Shown: in pieces, positions 38,400-48,327 of the stretch
Layout: each line of letters opens with the position of its first letter
How positions within the stretch are numbered: the stretch's first letter is position 1
Origin: an uncultured virus (IMG/VR IMGVR_UViG_3300011906_000001)
Taxonomy: Duplodnaviria; Heunggongvirae; Uroviricota; Caudoviricetes
Direction: 5' to 3' (one strand)
IMG/VR virus record: IMGVR_UViG_3300011906_000001
Location: 124,001-188,000 of that record
DNA: 64,000 bases
The notes under the pieces: model-generated
The model's input: the letters and a program-made list of their open reading frames with translations, nothing else
What the model was told of the DNA's origin: nothing
Database searches by the model: none
Translations under genes and position numbers: made by a program

Positions 38400-41075
38400 T
38401 TACCTCACAACGTATACAAAAGGAGACACATCAGGGCGCTTTCGTAGATACAGATTCAGCACCCGAATGAAGAAGTCGTATTTAGGCATCTGAAGCCCTT
38501 GAGGTGATCCAAACCAATGAGGCAAGATCTGAACGTGGGTTTCATTGTACTCACGGTTACACAGATCAAACTCCAAAAGCCATTCATAAGACGATAGCCA
38601 TTTACGGATATCCATCTCTGAATAATGACTACCCAAGACAGTAGGGTTTAATCTGCCACTTAGGATGTCAGTTAGGATCTTGTTGGCAAAGACCGAATAG
38701 ACATGGTATTGCCTCTCAATCCCATCGGTTGCTTTATACGCCTTAACGGGCCAGTATTCAGTCATGTAGTCAGAAACCAATCGGTCTTTCTCATCGTCTT
38801 CTTGACGAGCGACTTTGTCTGAATCGTACACGTCCTTAAAGCGCACAGGAGGGGTTTGAATCACATAAGGCGATCCATTGCGTTCATTTTCAACAGTAAG
38901 AGCACTGAGCTCTTCACTGTAAACCAGCGACGCTGGATCTCTGAAGTGGCCATCGACCACCACCCGTTGAACTTTGTGGCTGTGAATATTGTAGCGTTCA
39001 TTATTGCTTAGAACGCCTTGCTTGATAAAGCCGATCTCAGAGGCTGTGTTTCGTGACAAATCGTCATTACAGAAACTATAACCTCGGTAGGTGACCGTTT
39101 GAACCGTGTCTTCTAGGTATTCAAGGTTATTGACCACAACCCTTGGCCACTGAACCACATAGTCCAATTCCTCAATCAGAAGCCTTCCGTTTAAAAAGAC
39201 ATCCAATTGCCCAAAAGGAATTTCCATAACGGTGTATTCATCTTGGGTGTCATGCGTCTCTATTCCACCAATGCTAAATTGAATCAACCCATTGGTTTTG
39301 GTAAACGACAAGGTTTCAATCAAGAACGCATCATCAATCCGAACAGCGCCGTATTGGCGTTCTGGATCAAGGGTCCAAACCCAACGATGGACCTCGGTGG
39401 TGTCATCGAGATAGCCGTAGTCACTGAGATTATCCGCTTCAGTGATGTCCACCCAATCCCCTTGTGGACTTCCTCCCCACACCGAGCTTAAATAGAGGCG
39501 TTTGTTATACCCTGTTGGGATGGTCACTGGTCCTGTCCCAAAGACAGTGTTCATGCGATCACCGCCCACCCCTGTGATGGCTTCAACCAACACAGCGTTC
39601 TCATTGACCACGCGGTACTGACGACCCCCGCTGTGATAATGATAACCTAACAATACCCCATTAGCGTCATATTCAAATACCGTGGCATTGAGCCAATGTT
39701 CATACGCAAGGTCTGCATAACGAGCCACCCCTTCCAGATACACCTTAGAAGGCGTCTTGGCTAAGATGGAAGCCGCTGCATGATAACCGTACACATCCCC
39801 TGCAAAGGCTTGGGCGTTGTCTTTGAAGGTGTTGGTCTCATCTGGGTTATTGAAAGCCAGTGGATAGACCACTTCTTTAGATGCTGACATAAACCGAACA
39901 TAAGGACATTGTTCAAGATTAGCCGCTTGCCAAAGAGGATTGGTGGAGAACAAACCTGTCATCGCATTAACGATCTGATCGCTGTTAAGCTTGTACAGCT
40001 CTTGAATCCGGTTAGCATCTGCGATCAAAGGACGGTTATACCCACTCTCTCTGAAATAAAGCCTTAGGGTTAACTGATCAACCGAATCCCAATGGTCTTT
40101 ATTCCAGCGCACTTGATCCAAGATGTTTCGAGGATCATCGGGATGCGCCTCCACAAAGCTCTGAAGCCTTGGAATGGACAGGCTGTAATCTTTGTGGGTG
40201 AGCATCCTTAACCAATCGCCTTTATTGCGATGGTAGGTGACACCCATAAACCGCCCGGCTTGAGGCAGGGGTTTAAAGAGAAAGGCATCCAAATCATCGT
40301 AAAAGCGAATCGACTGAACAGTTGGATCATCGTAATGGATGATGTATTTGCGAGTCTTATCAAGCGTTGAGGTAAAGGTTGGGCATTCGGTCAATTTAAA
40401 ATCACGAAACCCTGTGATCGAGCCATCAATGACATACTCAACGACATCTCCAATCCCTGCGGTCACCAACGAGACTTCTTGAACAAAGCGTCCATTGACA
40501 TAACACTGGGGAAACCCCTTAAGTTCATTAGCCGCTGCATTGAAGGCAACTTGAAACTGAAGCATTGAAGTTTGAGTGTTAACCCTAATCCCTTCAGTCT
40601 TAATAAACCGACGGTTGGCTTCGTTGGAGCGTTCTGTATTGAAATAGGCGTTGGTGTAAAACCTACAGAACAGTGCGTTGTCATTAAGATCTGCGATCAG
40701 GTCATTGGTCTTAACAGCAATGACCACATTGCGATCAGGTTGAATCCGAATGAACGATTCAAAGCGGGGGAACTGAATCCCGCTTTCAATGTACAGCTCG
40801 GTTAACACCAAATGTTCATTAGCCAAAGATGACAACGTCATCCATTGGTTAAACACACGCGGAAGACCCAATCGGATAGGGACGACCTTACCAATCTGAT
40901 AGACATGCCAATAGTCTTTCTCAGAGGGCAAACTGAACTTTTCATAATTGACACTGTAAGCACCCCTCACGCCATAGCGAGGCGTGAGTTTAGCCAACTT
41001 ATAAACAAACTGTCGATCCTGATCGGGGTTACACCACACGGTATCGATAGCATGACGCAGCAGATGTTCGTTCAT
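38400..41075 (-). CDS. Virion structural protein (phiKZ gp27-like)
   Basis: N-terminus LLRHAIDTVWCNPDQDRQ; 891 aa; synteny. Confidence 0.75.
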   Translation of the reverse strand: MNEHLLRHAIDTVWCNPDQDRQFVYKLAKLTPRYGVRGAYSVNYEKFSLPSEKDYWHVYQIGKVVPIRLGLPRVFNQWMTLSSLANEHLVLTELYIESGIQFPRFESFIRIQPDRNVVIAVKTNDLIADLNDNALFCRFYTNAYFNTERSNEANRRFIKTEGIRVNTQTSMLQFQVAFNAAANELKGFPQCYVNGRFVQEVSLVTAGIGDVVEYVIDGSITGFRDFKLTECPTFTSTLDKTRKYIIHYDDPTVQSIRFYDDLDAFLFKPLPQAGRFMGVTYHRNKGDWLRMLTHKDYSLSIPRLQSFVEAHPDDPRNILDQVRWNKDHWDSVDQLTLRLYFRESGYNRPLIADANRIQELYKLNSDQIVNAMTGLFSTNPLWQAANLEQCPYVRFMSASKEVVYPLAFNNPDETNTFKDNAQAFAGDVYGYHAAASILAKTPSKVYLEGVARYADLAYEHWLNATVFEYDANGVLLGYHYHSGGRQYRVVNENAVLVEAITGVGGDRMNTVFGTGPVTIPTGYNKRLYLSSVWGGSPQGDWVDITEADNLSDYGYLDDTTEVHRWVWTLDPERQYGAVRIDDAFLIETLSFTKTNGLIQFSIGGIETHDTQDEYTVMEIPFGQLDVFLNGRLLIEELDYVVQWPRVVVNNLEYLEDTVQTVTYRGYSFCNDDLSRNTASEIGFIKQGVLSNNERYNIHSHKVQRVVVDGHFRDPASLVYSEELSALTVENERNGSPYVIQTPPVRFKDVYDSDKVARQEDDEKDRLVSDYMTEYWPVKAYKATDGIERQYHVYSVFANKILTDILSGRLNPTVLGSHYSEMDIRKWLSSYEWLLEFDLCNREYNETHVQILPHWFGSPQGLQMPKYDFFIRVLNLYLRKRPDVSPFVYVVR

Positions 41076-41097
41076 GGGACAAACCCTTAAAAAGGAA

Positions 41098-42024
41098 TTA
41101 GCCCGAGAACTGCTCGCTAATCAGGCGAGACACCAGGCTAACAAATTGTTTATGATCAGAAAGACGCCCAGCGCTCTCGGCCCGTTGGGTGAGGATGGTT
41201 TTCCGATAAGAGCGTTCACCCAAAGCACTGTAAACCAAAGCGATGAAGGTTGGGATATGTTCTAAGGCAACCCCTACCGTTTCACGAGCCCCGATCCCAA
41301 TCCAGCTTGAAGCAAGCATGCTAAACAGATCGATGAATTTAAAATCACCAAACCGAAGCGAACCTGACAGCTCACTGATTTGCTTAGCAAACGCAGTGGC
41401 ATTGTAAGCCGGCTGTTGGATCATCGCAGCCATATCGAGTACCGTAGCTGATTGAGCTCCGGTTACTCGGGCTACAATAGGTGCCAGTCGGGTACGCGCT
41501 TCTTCATCGATGGTGCTTTGCTTATCGACAAGGCCATAGTAGTAGTAAGCACACAGAATCATCAGGCTCAACTGTTGCTCAAGCGGTAGGTTATAACGTC
41601 GGGCTAATGTTGAACTGATCCAGCGTACAAAGGTCTTAGCCGGGATGTCGCCAAGACGCCCTAAGACCTGAGAACCTTGGTTCATCAAGACCAAAGTTAA
41701 GGCCAGTCGATTGCACAAAAAACTATAGTCGTTGACAGCTGTCAAACGGTATGTATCATTCCGATGATCGTACCGCATATAGGCTCTTGCATCAATGACA
41801 AGCTTGGGGTTATTTTCATCCCCTAAGTTTAGAAATTGAGTGAGTACCGGAACATCTTCGTGTTCCTCACGGGGTGTGATCATCACTGCCTGTTCAATCA
41901 CGTTGCCAGCCGGTGTTGTGACGGTTGGGAAGGGATATTCTATATTGGCCCGTTTTAGTGCCAGGGTTAGACGTTCAACCGAGTGCACCGCACAGATTGT
42001 CGTGTCGTAAGGTAATTTAAACAA
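41098..42024 (-). CDS. Virion structural protein (phiKZ gp28-like)
   Basis: MFKLPYDTT start, ALEHIPTFIALVY motif; synteny. Confidence 0.75.
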   Translation of the reverse strand: MFKLPYDTTICAVHSVERLTLALKRANIEYPFPTVTTPAGNVIEQAVMITPREEHEDVPVLTQFLNLGDENNPKLVIDARAYMRYDHRNDTYRLTAVNDYSFLCNRLALTLVLMNQGSQVLGRLGDIPAKTFVRWISSTLARRYNLPLEQQLSLMILCAYYYYGLVDKQSTIDEEARTRLAPIVARVTGAQSATVLDMAAMIQQPAYNATAFAKQISELSGSLRFGDFKFIDLFSMLASSWIGIGARETVGVALEHIPTFIALVYSALGERSYRKTILTQRAESAGRLSDHKQFVSLVSRLISEQFSG

Positions 42025-42181
42025 ATCCTTAGCTCCGTATCGAGGATCAGGTAAAAAATAACTGAAGGTCTATGTATAAGCAATTACGTTTATATCTATG
42101 GATAGGACCTTGAGTTTAGTTAAGCTCATACCATGTCGGCCTTTATTGATTTGACAACGCTCCACGTCTAGGAGAGAGACT

Positions 42182-44254
42182 ATGCCAGTGACTAACGCCA
42201 CACCGAAAATTGTTTTCGGTGGGATCAATGACAAGTCGCGGGGAACGCTGCGCCGAGGGGATATCACTTATGCCCAGCACACCCCGCTGCTTCGTCTATT
42301 TACCGAAACAGGACCGACCGAAACCACTTACATTGGGAACGATTCGGGCAGTTTCAATTCCGTGTTTGGGGATCAAACCCTAGGTCGTCGCAGCAAGTAT
42401 TACAACCTTCAATCGATGCTGGCTGAAAAGCTTCTGGGTGAAGGCAATGGCTTTTATGTCAAGCGTCTGGTTCCAGACGATGCCAATGACGCCGCGCGTA
42501 TTGTCGTCGCTTTGGAACTGGTAGCCGATACCATTCCAGGTACCATCGAACGCTTGTCTGGTTTTAACTACGACGATCAAGTGGTCATGACTGACGCCAG
42601 TGGTCGTGCCATCGGTGATACCCTCACCGGTTATCGCGCTCGCATCGTCACCATCGCCGATAACAAAACTGAAATCGGCAAGCAGCAAATTCTTCCGGGT
42701 ACTATGTTGGCTGAAGCCGATGGCAGCCAGTCGACGATTTACCCCCTTTTTGAACTGCCGGCCTCCTTTGTAGGTGAGCCTGGTAACCTGCTGGGTATTC
42801 GTTGCTGGGCACCGACCATCGACGATGAGATTCCTGCTGATCAAACCACAGCAGAGAACTTCAAAACCCGGATGTACCGCTTCCAGTTCATGAAGAAGTA
42901 CACAGGCACCACGACTCCGTCTATCATTCAGACGGCAGTGGCTGAAGACTACGTCGATGTCTGCTTCAAAGAAGGCGCTTACAGCCTCAGCACCGATAAG
43001 GATTATTACATCGGTTCTGTCCTGACGCAAGCCTACGAAGATGACGGCATCGAATCGGGTCTGGCACCTCTTTATTCTCCTTTTGAAAAGATCTACGTTT
43101 ACAAGGAGAACATTGAAACGGTTCAGGCGTTGATCTTCGCTAAAGAAAACGAGATCAACCCGGCCACGGCCAACTACATGACCGATGCAGGGCAGGTTGA
43201 CTTCCTGACCATGACCGGTGTGGATGGTGATGCCTATCAGTCGGTACTGCTGGAAGGACCTCTGAGTGGTGGTATCCTGCTGGGTAAAGAGACCACGGTC
43301 TATGCCCAGGGTGGTAGCGATGGGACCATGAATCATGAGACCTATGAAGCATTGGTCACCCGTGAGAACCGTGCCTTTGGTCAACTGGATGACGAATATG
43401 CCAACTTGGCTATTTATCAGTTCAGCCACGTCTACGACACCGGCCTGACCATGGATGGCAAATATGCCATGATGAATATCCTGGGTCAGCGTAAAGACAT
43501 CAAAGCGATCTTCACCACCTATGTGGAAGCTGAAGGCCGCATGCCAACCAAGAGTGAAGAACTCTCTCGGGCGGCTTCGTTGATGACGCGCCTCAAAGCC
43601 TTTCCTGAGTCGACCCTGTATGGGACGCCAGTGTGTCGTGCTGAGATCATTCAGCAATGCGGTTCTCTGATGGGTGGTGGTTACGCCAAGCCTGTTCCTC
43701 AGTTGATCGACTATGCGGTTCGTTGGGCACGCTTCGGTGGTGCCGGTACCGGGATCTTGCGTGAAGGCGCTGACATTGACGTGAGCCCGAACAACCGGAT
43801 CACCGAGATCAAAGACCTGAATGTTAAGTTCTTCAATGATCGCGCCGCCTCTGCTGCATGGGAGAGTGGGGCGACCTATTCTCAGTCCTATGATACTCGC
43901 AGTCAGTATTACCCCTGTGTCCGTTCGGTTTACAGTGACGACACCTCGGTCCTGCTGTCGCCGATCACGGTGAACATCTGCTGCGACATCATTCGCTTGA
44001 TCCACAAGGTGCATGCTGAGTTCTCCGGTAACGCCAAACTCACCAACGAGCAGTTCATTGAACGTTCCGATGAGTTGATCCGTAACCTGACCAACGCCCG
44101 TTACAACGATCGTGTTGAAGTGGTGCCTCAGACTTACTTTACAGCGTCTGATAAAGACAATGGCTTTAGCTGGCATTGTAAGGTTGCTGTTTATGCCAGC
44201 AGTCCTCGCACCACGATGTACTTTGATCTGGAAACCTATTCTCGCGATCGTTAA
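42182..44254 (+). CDS. Tail sheath protein (phiKZ gp29-like)
   Basis: NATPKIVFGGINDKS start, VYDTG and PESTLYGTPVCRA motifs; 690 aa; strong codon bias. Confidence 0.88.
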   Translation: MPVTNATPKIVFGGINDKSRGTLRRGDITYAQHTPLLRLFTETGPTETTYIGNDSGSFNSVFGDQTLGRRSKYYNLQSMLAEKLLGEGNGFYVKRLVPDDANDAARIVVALELVADTIPGTIERLSGFNYDDQVVMTDASGRAIGDTLTGYRARIVTIADNKTEIGKQQILPGTMLAEADGSQSTIYPLFELPASFVGEPGNLLGIRCWAPTIDDEIPADQTTAENFKTRMYRFQFMKKYTGTTTPSIIQTAVAEDYVDVCFKEGAYSLSTDKDYYIGSVLTQAYEDDGIESGLAPLYSPFEKIYVYKENIETVQALIFAKENEINPATANYMTDAGQVDFLTMTGVDGDAYQSVLLEGPLSGGILLGKETTVYAQGGSDGTMNHETYEALVTRENRAFGQLDDEYANLAIYQFSHVYDTGLTMDGKYAMMNILGQRKDIKAIFTTYVEAEGRMPTKSEELSRAASLMTRLKAFPESTLYGTPVCRAEIIQQCGSLMGGGYAKPVPQLIDYAVRWARFGGAGTGILREGADIDVSPNNRITEIKDLNVKFFNDRAASAAWESGATYSQSYDTRSQYYPCVRSVYSDDTSVLLSPITVNICCDIIRLIHKVHAEFSGNAKLTNEQFIERSDELIRNLTNARYNDRVEVVPQTYFTASDKDNGFSWHCKVAVYASSPRTTMYFDLETYSRDR

Positions 44255-44268
44255 GAGAGGATTAATCA

Positions 44269-45132
44269 ATGCCGCGTTATAGCAACCCCTTTGCCACACA
44301 GTCTGGGGCATACAAGGGTCAGGCGGTCAACACCATCAACCTGGCGCAAGCCGGGACGATGCAGTTTGCCCCTGATCTGGCGAACATCGCCAGTAACACC
44401 CCACATGTGGCACGTAACCTCATTCCGTTTCTGATTGAGGCTCCACGGTTCTTTCAATACAGCTCCAACCCGGATCTCATGGTTCGGTGTTTGAAAGCAA
44501 TGATTGAAAACCACACCCGTACCATCGATGGCCTGAACCAGACCATCACCTTGGACACTGCCGATAACCTTGTCGGTGGTTCCGGTGAACGGATTCAGAC
44601 GCCCACCAACGTTACCCGTGCGACCTCCTCCCCAAGCCATGGCATGTGGGAACTTCAAGGACGGGCCATTACCAAATTCATCAAGTGGTGGATTACCTTC
44701 GGCATTGGGGATGAAAACACCAAGGTTCCGCTGGTGGTGGCAGATGGTCAGGTATCGGCTGAAGACTACGATGCGACCTTCTATGGCGCAACCGTACTTT
44801 ACGTTGAACCTGATCCGACCATGACTGAAGTGGTCAGCGCCTACCTGTGCACGAACATGTTCCCAACGGCCACCCCTCCTTGGGAGAACCGTAAGGATGC
44901 CTCGCAGTTGGGTCAGAACATTGACATGAACATTGAGTTCACGGCCACGACCGATGTATCGATCGGGACCATGCTCTATGCGCGTCAATTCTTGCAGTCG
45001 CTGAATTTGGCTGGCATGAACCCCAATGAAACTGAACTGTGGCTTGAAGGCATCAGTGCCGACGTTAAAGCAGCAGACATGGGGATCGCTGAACAGTTGG
45101 AAGAAGGCGCTTCGAGTCGGATCAGCTACTAA
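44269..45132 (+). CDS. Tail tube protein (phiKZ gp30-like)
   Basis: Follows the sheath gene; [15 protein letters not shown] and LCTNMFP motifs. Confidence 0.82.
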   Translation: MPRYSNPFATQSGAYKGQAVNTINLAQAGTMQFAPDLANIASNTPHVARNLIPFLIEAPRFFQYSSNPDLMVRCLKAMIENHTRTIDGLNQTITLDTADNLVGGSGERIQTPTNVTRATSSPSHGMWELQGRAITKFIKWWITFGIGDENTKVPLVVADGQVSAEDYDATFYGATVLYVEPDPTMTEVVSAYLCTNMFPTATPPWENRKDASQLGQNIDMNIEFTATTDVSIGTMLYARQFLQSLNLAGMNPNETELWLEGISADVKAADMGIAEQLEEGASSRISY

Positions 45133-45147
45133 GGGAGGCCTCTTCCC

Positions 45148-45309
45148 ATGGCCACGACGCAGAACCCTAAAACGGATGAAACGCTACAGCAAACCAAAGG
45201 TCGGGTATTTAATTACACAGACATGGTATCGGCGGATGTGAATAAGGCCAGCAATGGCCTTAAGCATCAGTTGGAGCAAGGCGCTAAGCACCGTTTGAAG
45301 CTGAGTTAA
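45148..45309 (+). CDS. 53-aa protein resembling the tail-tube C-terminus (not in the ORF track)
   Basis: GGGAGG RBS; VSADVNKASNGLKHQLEQGAKHR aligns with tube [23 protein letters not shown]. Confidence 0.7.
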   Translation: MATTQNPKTDETLQQTKGRVFNYTDMVSADVNKASNGLKHQLEQGAKHRLKLS

Positions 45310-45351
45310 GGCATAACGCCCTCCCCTTAATTGGGGAGGGCTTATGTCCGT

Positions 45352-46731
45352 CTAGCGGGTGTAGTGGGCTTTTGTCATCGTCCTCAAAGTGAGGTAGAGC
45401 AAACACCCTGTTCGAACCGATGCAATCACAGCGGCATTACGACTGCCCGTGGCTGCAAAGACCATCTTCTCGGTTAAGCTTCGAAGCTTTAAGACCACAG
45501 GATCAGAGGATCGAGAGGCCATCAGCAGCGCCCTTAGTTTAGACAGCAATAAGGCAAGATCGGTATTGCGACCTAATACGGAGCGATTTGATTGCAGGTA
45601 ATCGAAGGTATACAACAGGTTCTCTTTAACCAGCTCTTCCAAATACCCTTGATGGGGTTGATTGTAATTCCTGGACAGAAAATACAAGGCTTCTTTAAAT
45701 AAAGCCGGAGGCATGGCTGTCATCGTGCTCGCTACGACCTCTAGGAGCTCGTCTCGCACGAAATCTCGCTCAGAGGGTATGACGGTATTGATATAACGCA
45801 AATAGCCCGCATAACCGTTCTTACGGTCTTTTAGGACCATCTCTCCATCAGTGTTAACAAAGGTGTCTGAGGTGCTTCTTATCCGCCCTCCTGATTGAAG
45901 GGTTTCCAAATAGATCGCATAGATCTTTTTAACGACTTCACGAATCCTTCCTTGGGTATCGGTTACTACCCGAATCAACGAAGGATCAGGACTGAAGTTC
46001 AAAATCGTCTTACGGTAAATAGAGTTACTGCTGATCAAATCTTCAGCTCGCGCTTTAAGCAAAGCTCTCCAAGAACCATAACGTCTAATGTCAAAACGTC
46101 CAGACAACGATTGGTATGTCGCTGCTGCCACCTCAGGGTCGGCGGGGTATTTAAACCGCTTGATTAAAAGGCTGGTCAGAAACCTGTAGTGAAGTACCAT
46201 GAAGGCATGAGTCATGGCATCTTTCTTCATGGCTTGGGGTAGGTTTGTTTGCTCAAGCCGGTGACACAGATAGATCGGGGTGTAGTTAAACACATCGCTC
46301 ATGACCTTAAAGTCAAAGTTAATGGATTTAACTTTACGGAACGCATGGTACAGAAGGTCTTCGTCAATATCCAAGACATCCTCATACCAGGTCTCACGAT
46401 CGGTATCTAGAAATCGAATGGGATTAACCCCTAACAGCACCCCACCAAAGAAGGCTGAATGATCGTCATTGCGATTCATGTATTTCAATGAGAACTGAAC
46501 AATGCGCTTGCACAGCTCTTTATCAAACTTCACATGAGAGAAGGCTTCATCGAACACCGTTTTAATGGTGATGGGGTCAATCCCCATGGCTTCTAGGGAA
46601 ACAACAGAGGTTTCGGTTCCTTCTAAAGTCCCCAAGTTAATCCGATTAAAGTCTGCTAAAGCGTGTTCATCGTCATACAGCGCCAAGGGAGGCGCTTGAT
46701 CCATGAGAAGAGTTGAATCGTTAAGGTTCAT
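45352..46731 (-). CDS. Conserved virion protein (phiKZ gp32-like)
   Basis: FFGGVLLGV, VMSDVFN and DTQGRIRE motifs, an SLE site and synteny; start position uncertain. Confidence 0.7.
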   Translation of the reverse strand: MNLNDSTLLMDQAPPLALYDDEHALADFNRINLGTLEGTETSVVSLEAMGIDPITIKTVFDEAFSHVKFDKELCKRIVQFSLKYMNRNDDHSAFFGGVLLGVNPIRFLDTDRETWYEDVLDIDEDLLYHAFRKVKSINFDFKVMSDVFNYTPIYLCHRLEQTNLPQAMKKDAMTHAFMVLHYRFLTSLLIKRFKYPADPEVAAATYQSLSGRFDIRRYGSWRALLKARAEDLISSNSIYRKTILNFSPDPSLIRVVTDTQGRIREVVKKIYAIYLETLQSGGRIRSTSDTFVNTDGEMVLKDRKNGYAGYLRYINTVIPSERDFVRDELLEVVASTMTAMPPALFKEALYFLSRNYNQPHQGYLEELVKENLLYTFDYLQSNRSVLGRNTDLALLLSKLRALLMASRSSDPVVLKLRSLTEKMVFAATGSRNAAVIASVRTGCLLYLTLRTMTKAHYTR

Positions 46732-46799
46732 GCAAGCACCATTGTTCAAAAGAGAATCGATCAGAAGATTGAGGACGAGGTCTAGGGGAAATCCCATGG

Positions 46800-47530
46800 A
46801 CCCTCCAGATCATCACCGCGCGCCGCCGCCGCGCTCGAAGAAGGAATTGTTTTTGGACACTCAGATCTTCATAGAGTGTTTTATTGAATCAATCGATTCA
46901 ATTTCCTTATTCTGCTCTTTTGTTTTTTATAGATTCGTTAGAGTTCATACAGAGTATGAACGGTGATCTCTTATCTTTCACTTTAGTGAAAAAATAAGGA
47001 TTATTGTAATTTCTGGTTTATTGGCTCAAAGCCAATAACCATGGGGGTTTGAGCCAATTTTAAATGGGTCTAAAAACCCATTTTACAATAATAGCGTTAT
47101 AAAATGAACTCTAAGCCCCTGTTTACGGGGCTTTAGCTCGTTTTTTTACAATGGAAAATAATAAATAATGGGGGTTTAGTTAGTTTTTTAACAAAATAAG
47201 AAAAATAAGAAAATGAGTCAAACCCCCATGAATGCTGCTTATAGCTTCAAATTTTACAATAATAAAGAATTTAGTTAAGATTTAGCCATTGAAAATGGCG
47301 TTAAGAATCTTAACTACATTTGAGCCAATATCGCCAATTTAAGCGATATGGCGAGAATGCGCTTTTTTTAGTGATCGTATCCAGTGAAGCCTTTTCAGGC
47401 TGAACGATACGGACATAATTAGCAATGGGGACTTATGGCCGGAGGCCGTCCCCAAATTGCGAACTGTTCTTAGAGAAGTATACAGATTTCATACCATGAT
47501 AATAATAGTATTTTTTTTTATTTAAGAATG
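46800..47530. other. Long non-coding region rich in hairpins and direct/inverted repeats (ncRNA or origin candidate)
   Basis: Largest gene-free interval in the window, with at least 8 hairpins and repeated 11-14-mers. Confidence 0.7.
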
Positions 47531-47592
47531 AAAAAACATTGAAACCTAGATCATGTAGTGTGAAGAGGTATCTACTAGGTAGGGAGGATTCG

Positions 47593-48246
47593 GTGGAATC
47601 AGCCTGGATGATAATAAACCAAAAGGCTTATCACCTTGTACTGAACCCTCATCAGCGTGATTACCTAGACACCATTGCTAAAGCCTGTGTGTATGTACGG
47701 GCTAAGCTGTTAAATGAGTTCTATGATGAGGTGCACACCAGTCGATTAGAAAATCGAGTGGTTAAGAACATTCCCACCCCTCATGCCTTTACCTATAAAC
47801 TTAAACAGTTACTGGATAATCCCTTGTTAGATGGGGTTCCTAGAAATCCACTGTACCGAGAAGCTTGGACATTAGGTGGGGTGTGTGGGACGACACTTAG
47901 ACAAGGGGGTGGGTATCCTGCCCATTATGACCCAAAAGATCCGATTCATTTCATGTTCGATGATCGGGGGTTTAAGGTTGGGAATGGGTGGGTTCAGATT
48001 GCAGGGCTAAAAGAACCGATTTGGCTTAAAGGGCAACCCAAGCAATTGGTCAAGTCTAAATTTCTGTATGTGATCAAAGCCTTCAATGGCGGGTATCGCA
48101 TTTATTTAGTGGGAGGTGTAAAATCTAAAGACATGGTTAAAAACGCCTCAACCTGTGTGTCTAAGCGTTATAAGAAAAAGATTGATGAACTCAAACTCCC
48201 TATTAGGGCTAAAAAGAAATCCCTTAATAAAAAACGGATGAAATGA
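47593..48246 (+). CDS. TnpB-like protein, N-terminal (REC/WED) half only, no RuvC
   Basis: GGAGG RBS plus GTG start. KAYHLVLNPHQRDYLDTIAKACVYVRAKLL..LKQLLDNPLLDGVPRNPL..GGGYP..GFKVGNGWVQIAGLKEPIWLK..GGYRIYL parallels the TnpB N-half. Confidence 0.6.
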   Translation: MESAWMIINQKAYHLVLNPHQRDYLDTIAKACVYVRAKLLNEFYDEVHTSRLENRVVKNIPTPHAFTYKLKQLLDNPLLDGVPRNPLYREAWTLGGVCGTTLRQGGGYPAHYDPKDPIHFMFDDRGFKVGNGWVQIAGLKEPIWLKGQPKQLVKSKFLYVIKAFNGGYRIYLVGGVKSKDMVKNASTCVSKRYKKKIDELKLPIRAKKKSLNKKRMK

Positions 48247-48327
48247 GTGCCAGCATCCTATGCAGAGATTGCAGATGTTATTTGATAAACTCGCTTAAGG
48301 CGTATTGATTTTAAAGGACATGTCATC

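Noticed and set aside
42380..44311. 643-aa antisense ORF over the tail sheath gene
   Set aside because: It is an in-register shadow of a highly codon-biased gene (few TTA/CTA/TCA codons), with no RBS and no recognisable motifs.
44266..44988. 240-aa antisense ORF over the tail tube gene
   Set aside because: Shadow of a highly expressed structural gene.
46703..46966. 87-aa plus-strand ORF
   Set aside because: No RBS, overlaps the gp32-like gene in antisense, and has implausible composition.
47000..47330. CRISPR-like mini-array next to the TnpB-like gene
   Set aside because: The repeats are only 10-14 nt, irregularly spaced and in mixed orientation.
47539..48246. Intact IS200/IS605 element
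   Set aside because: No tnpA, and no RuvC or zinc-finger coding sequence before the next gene about 80 nt downstream.
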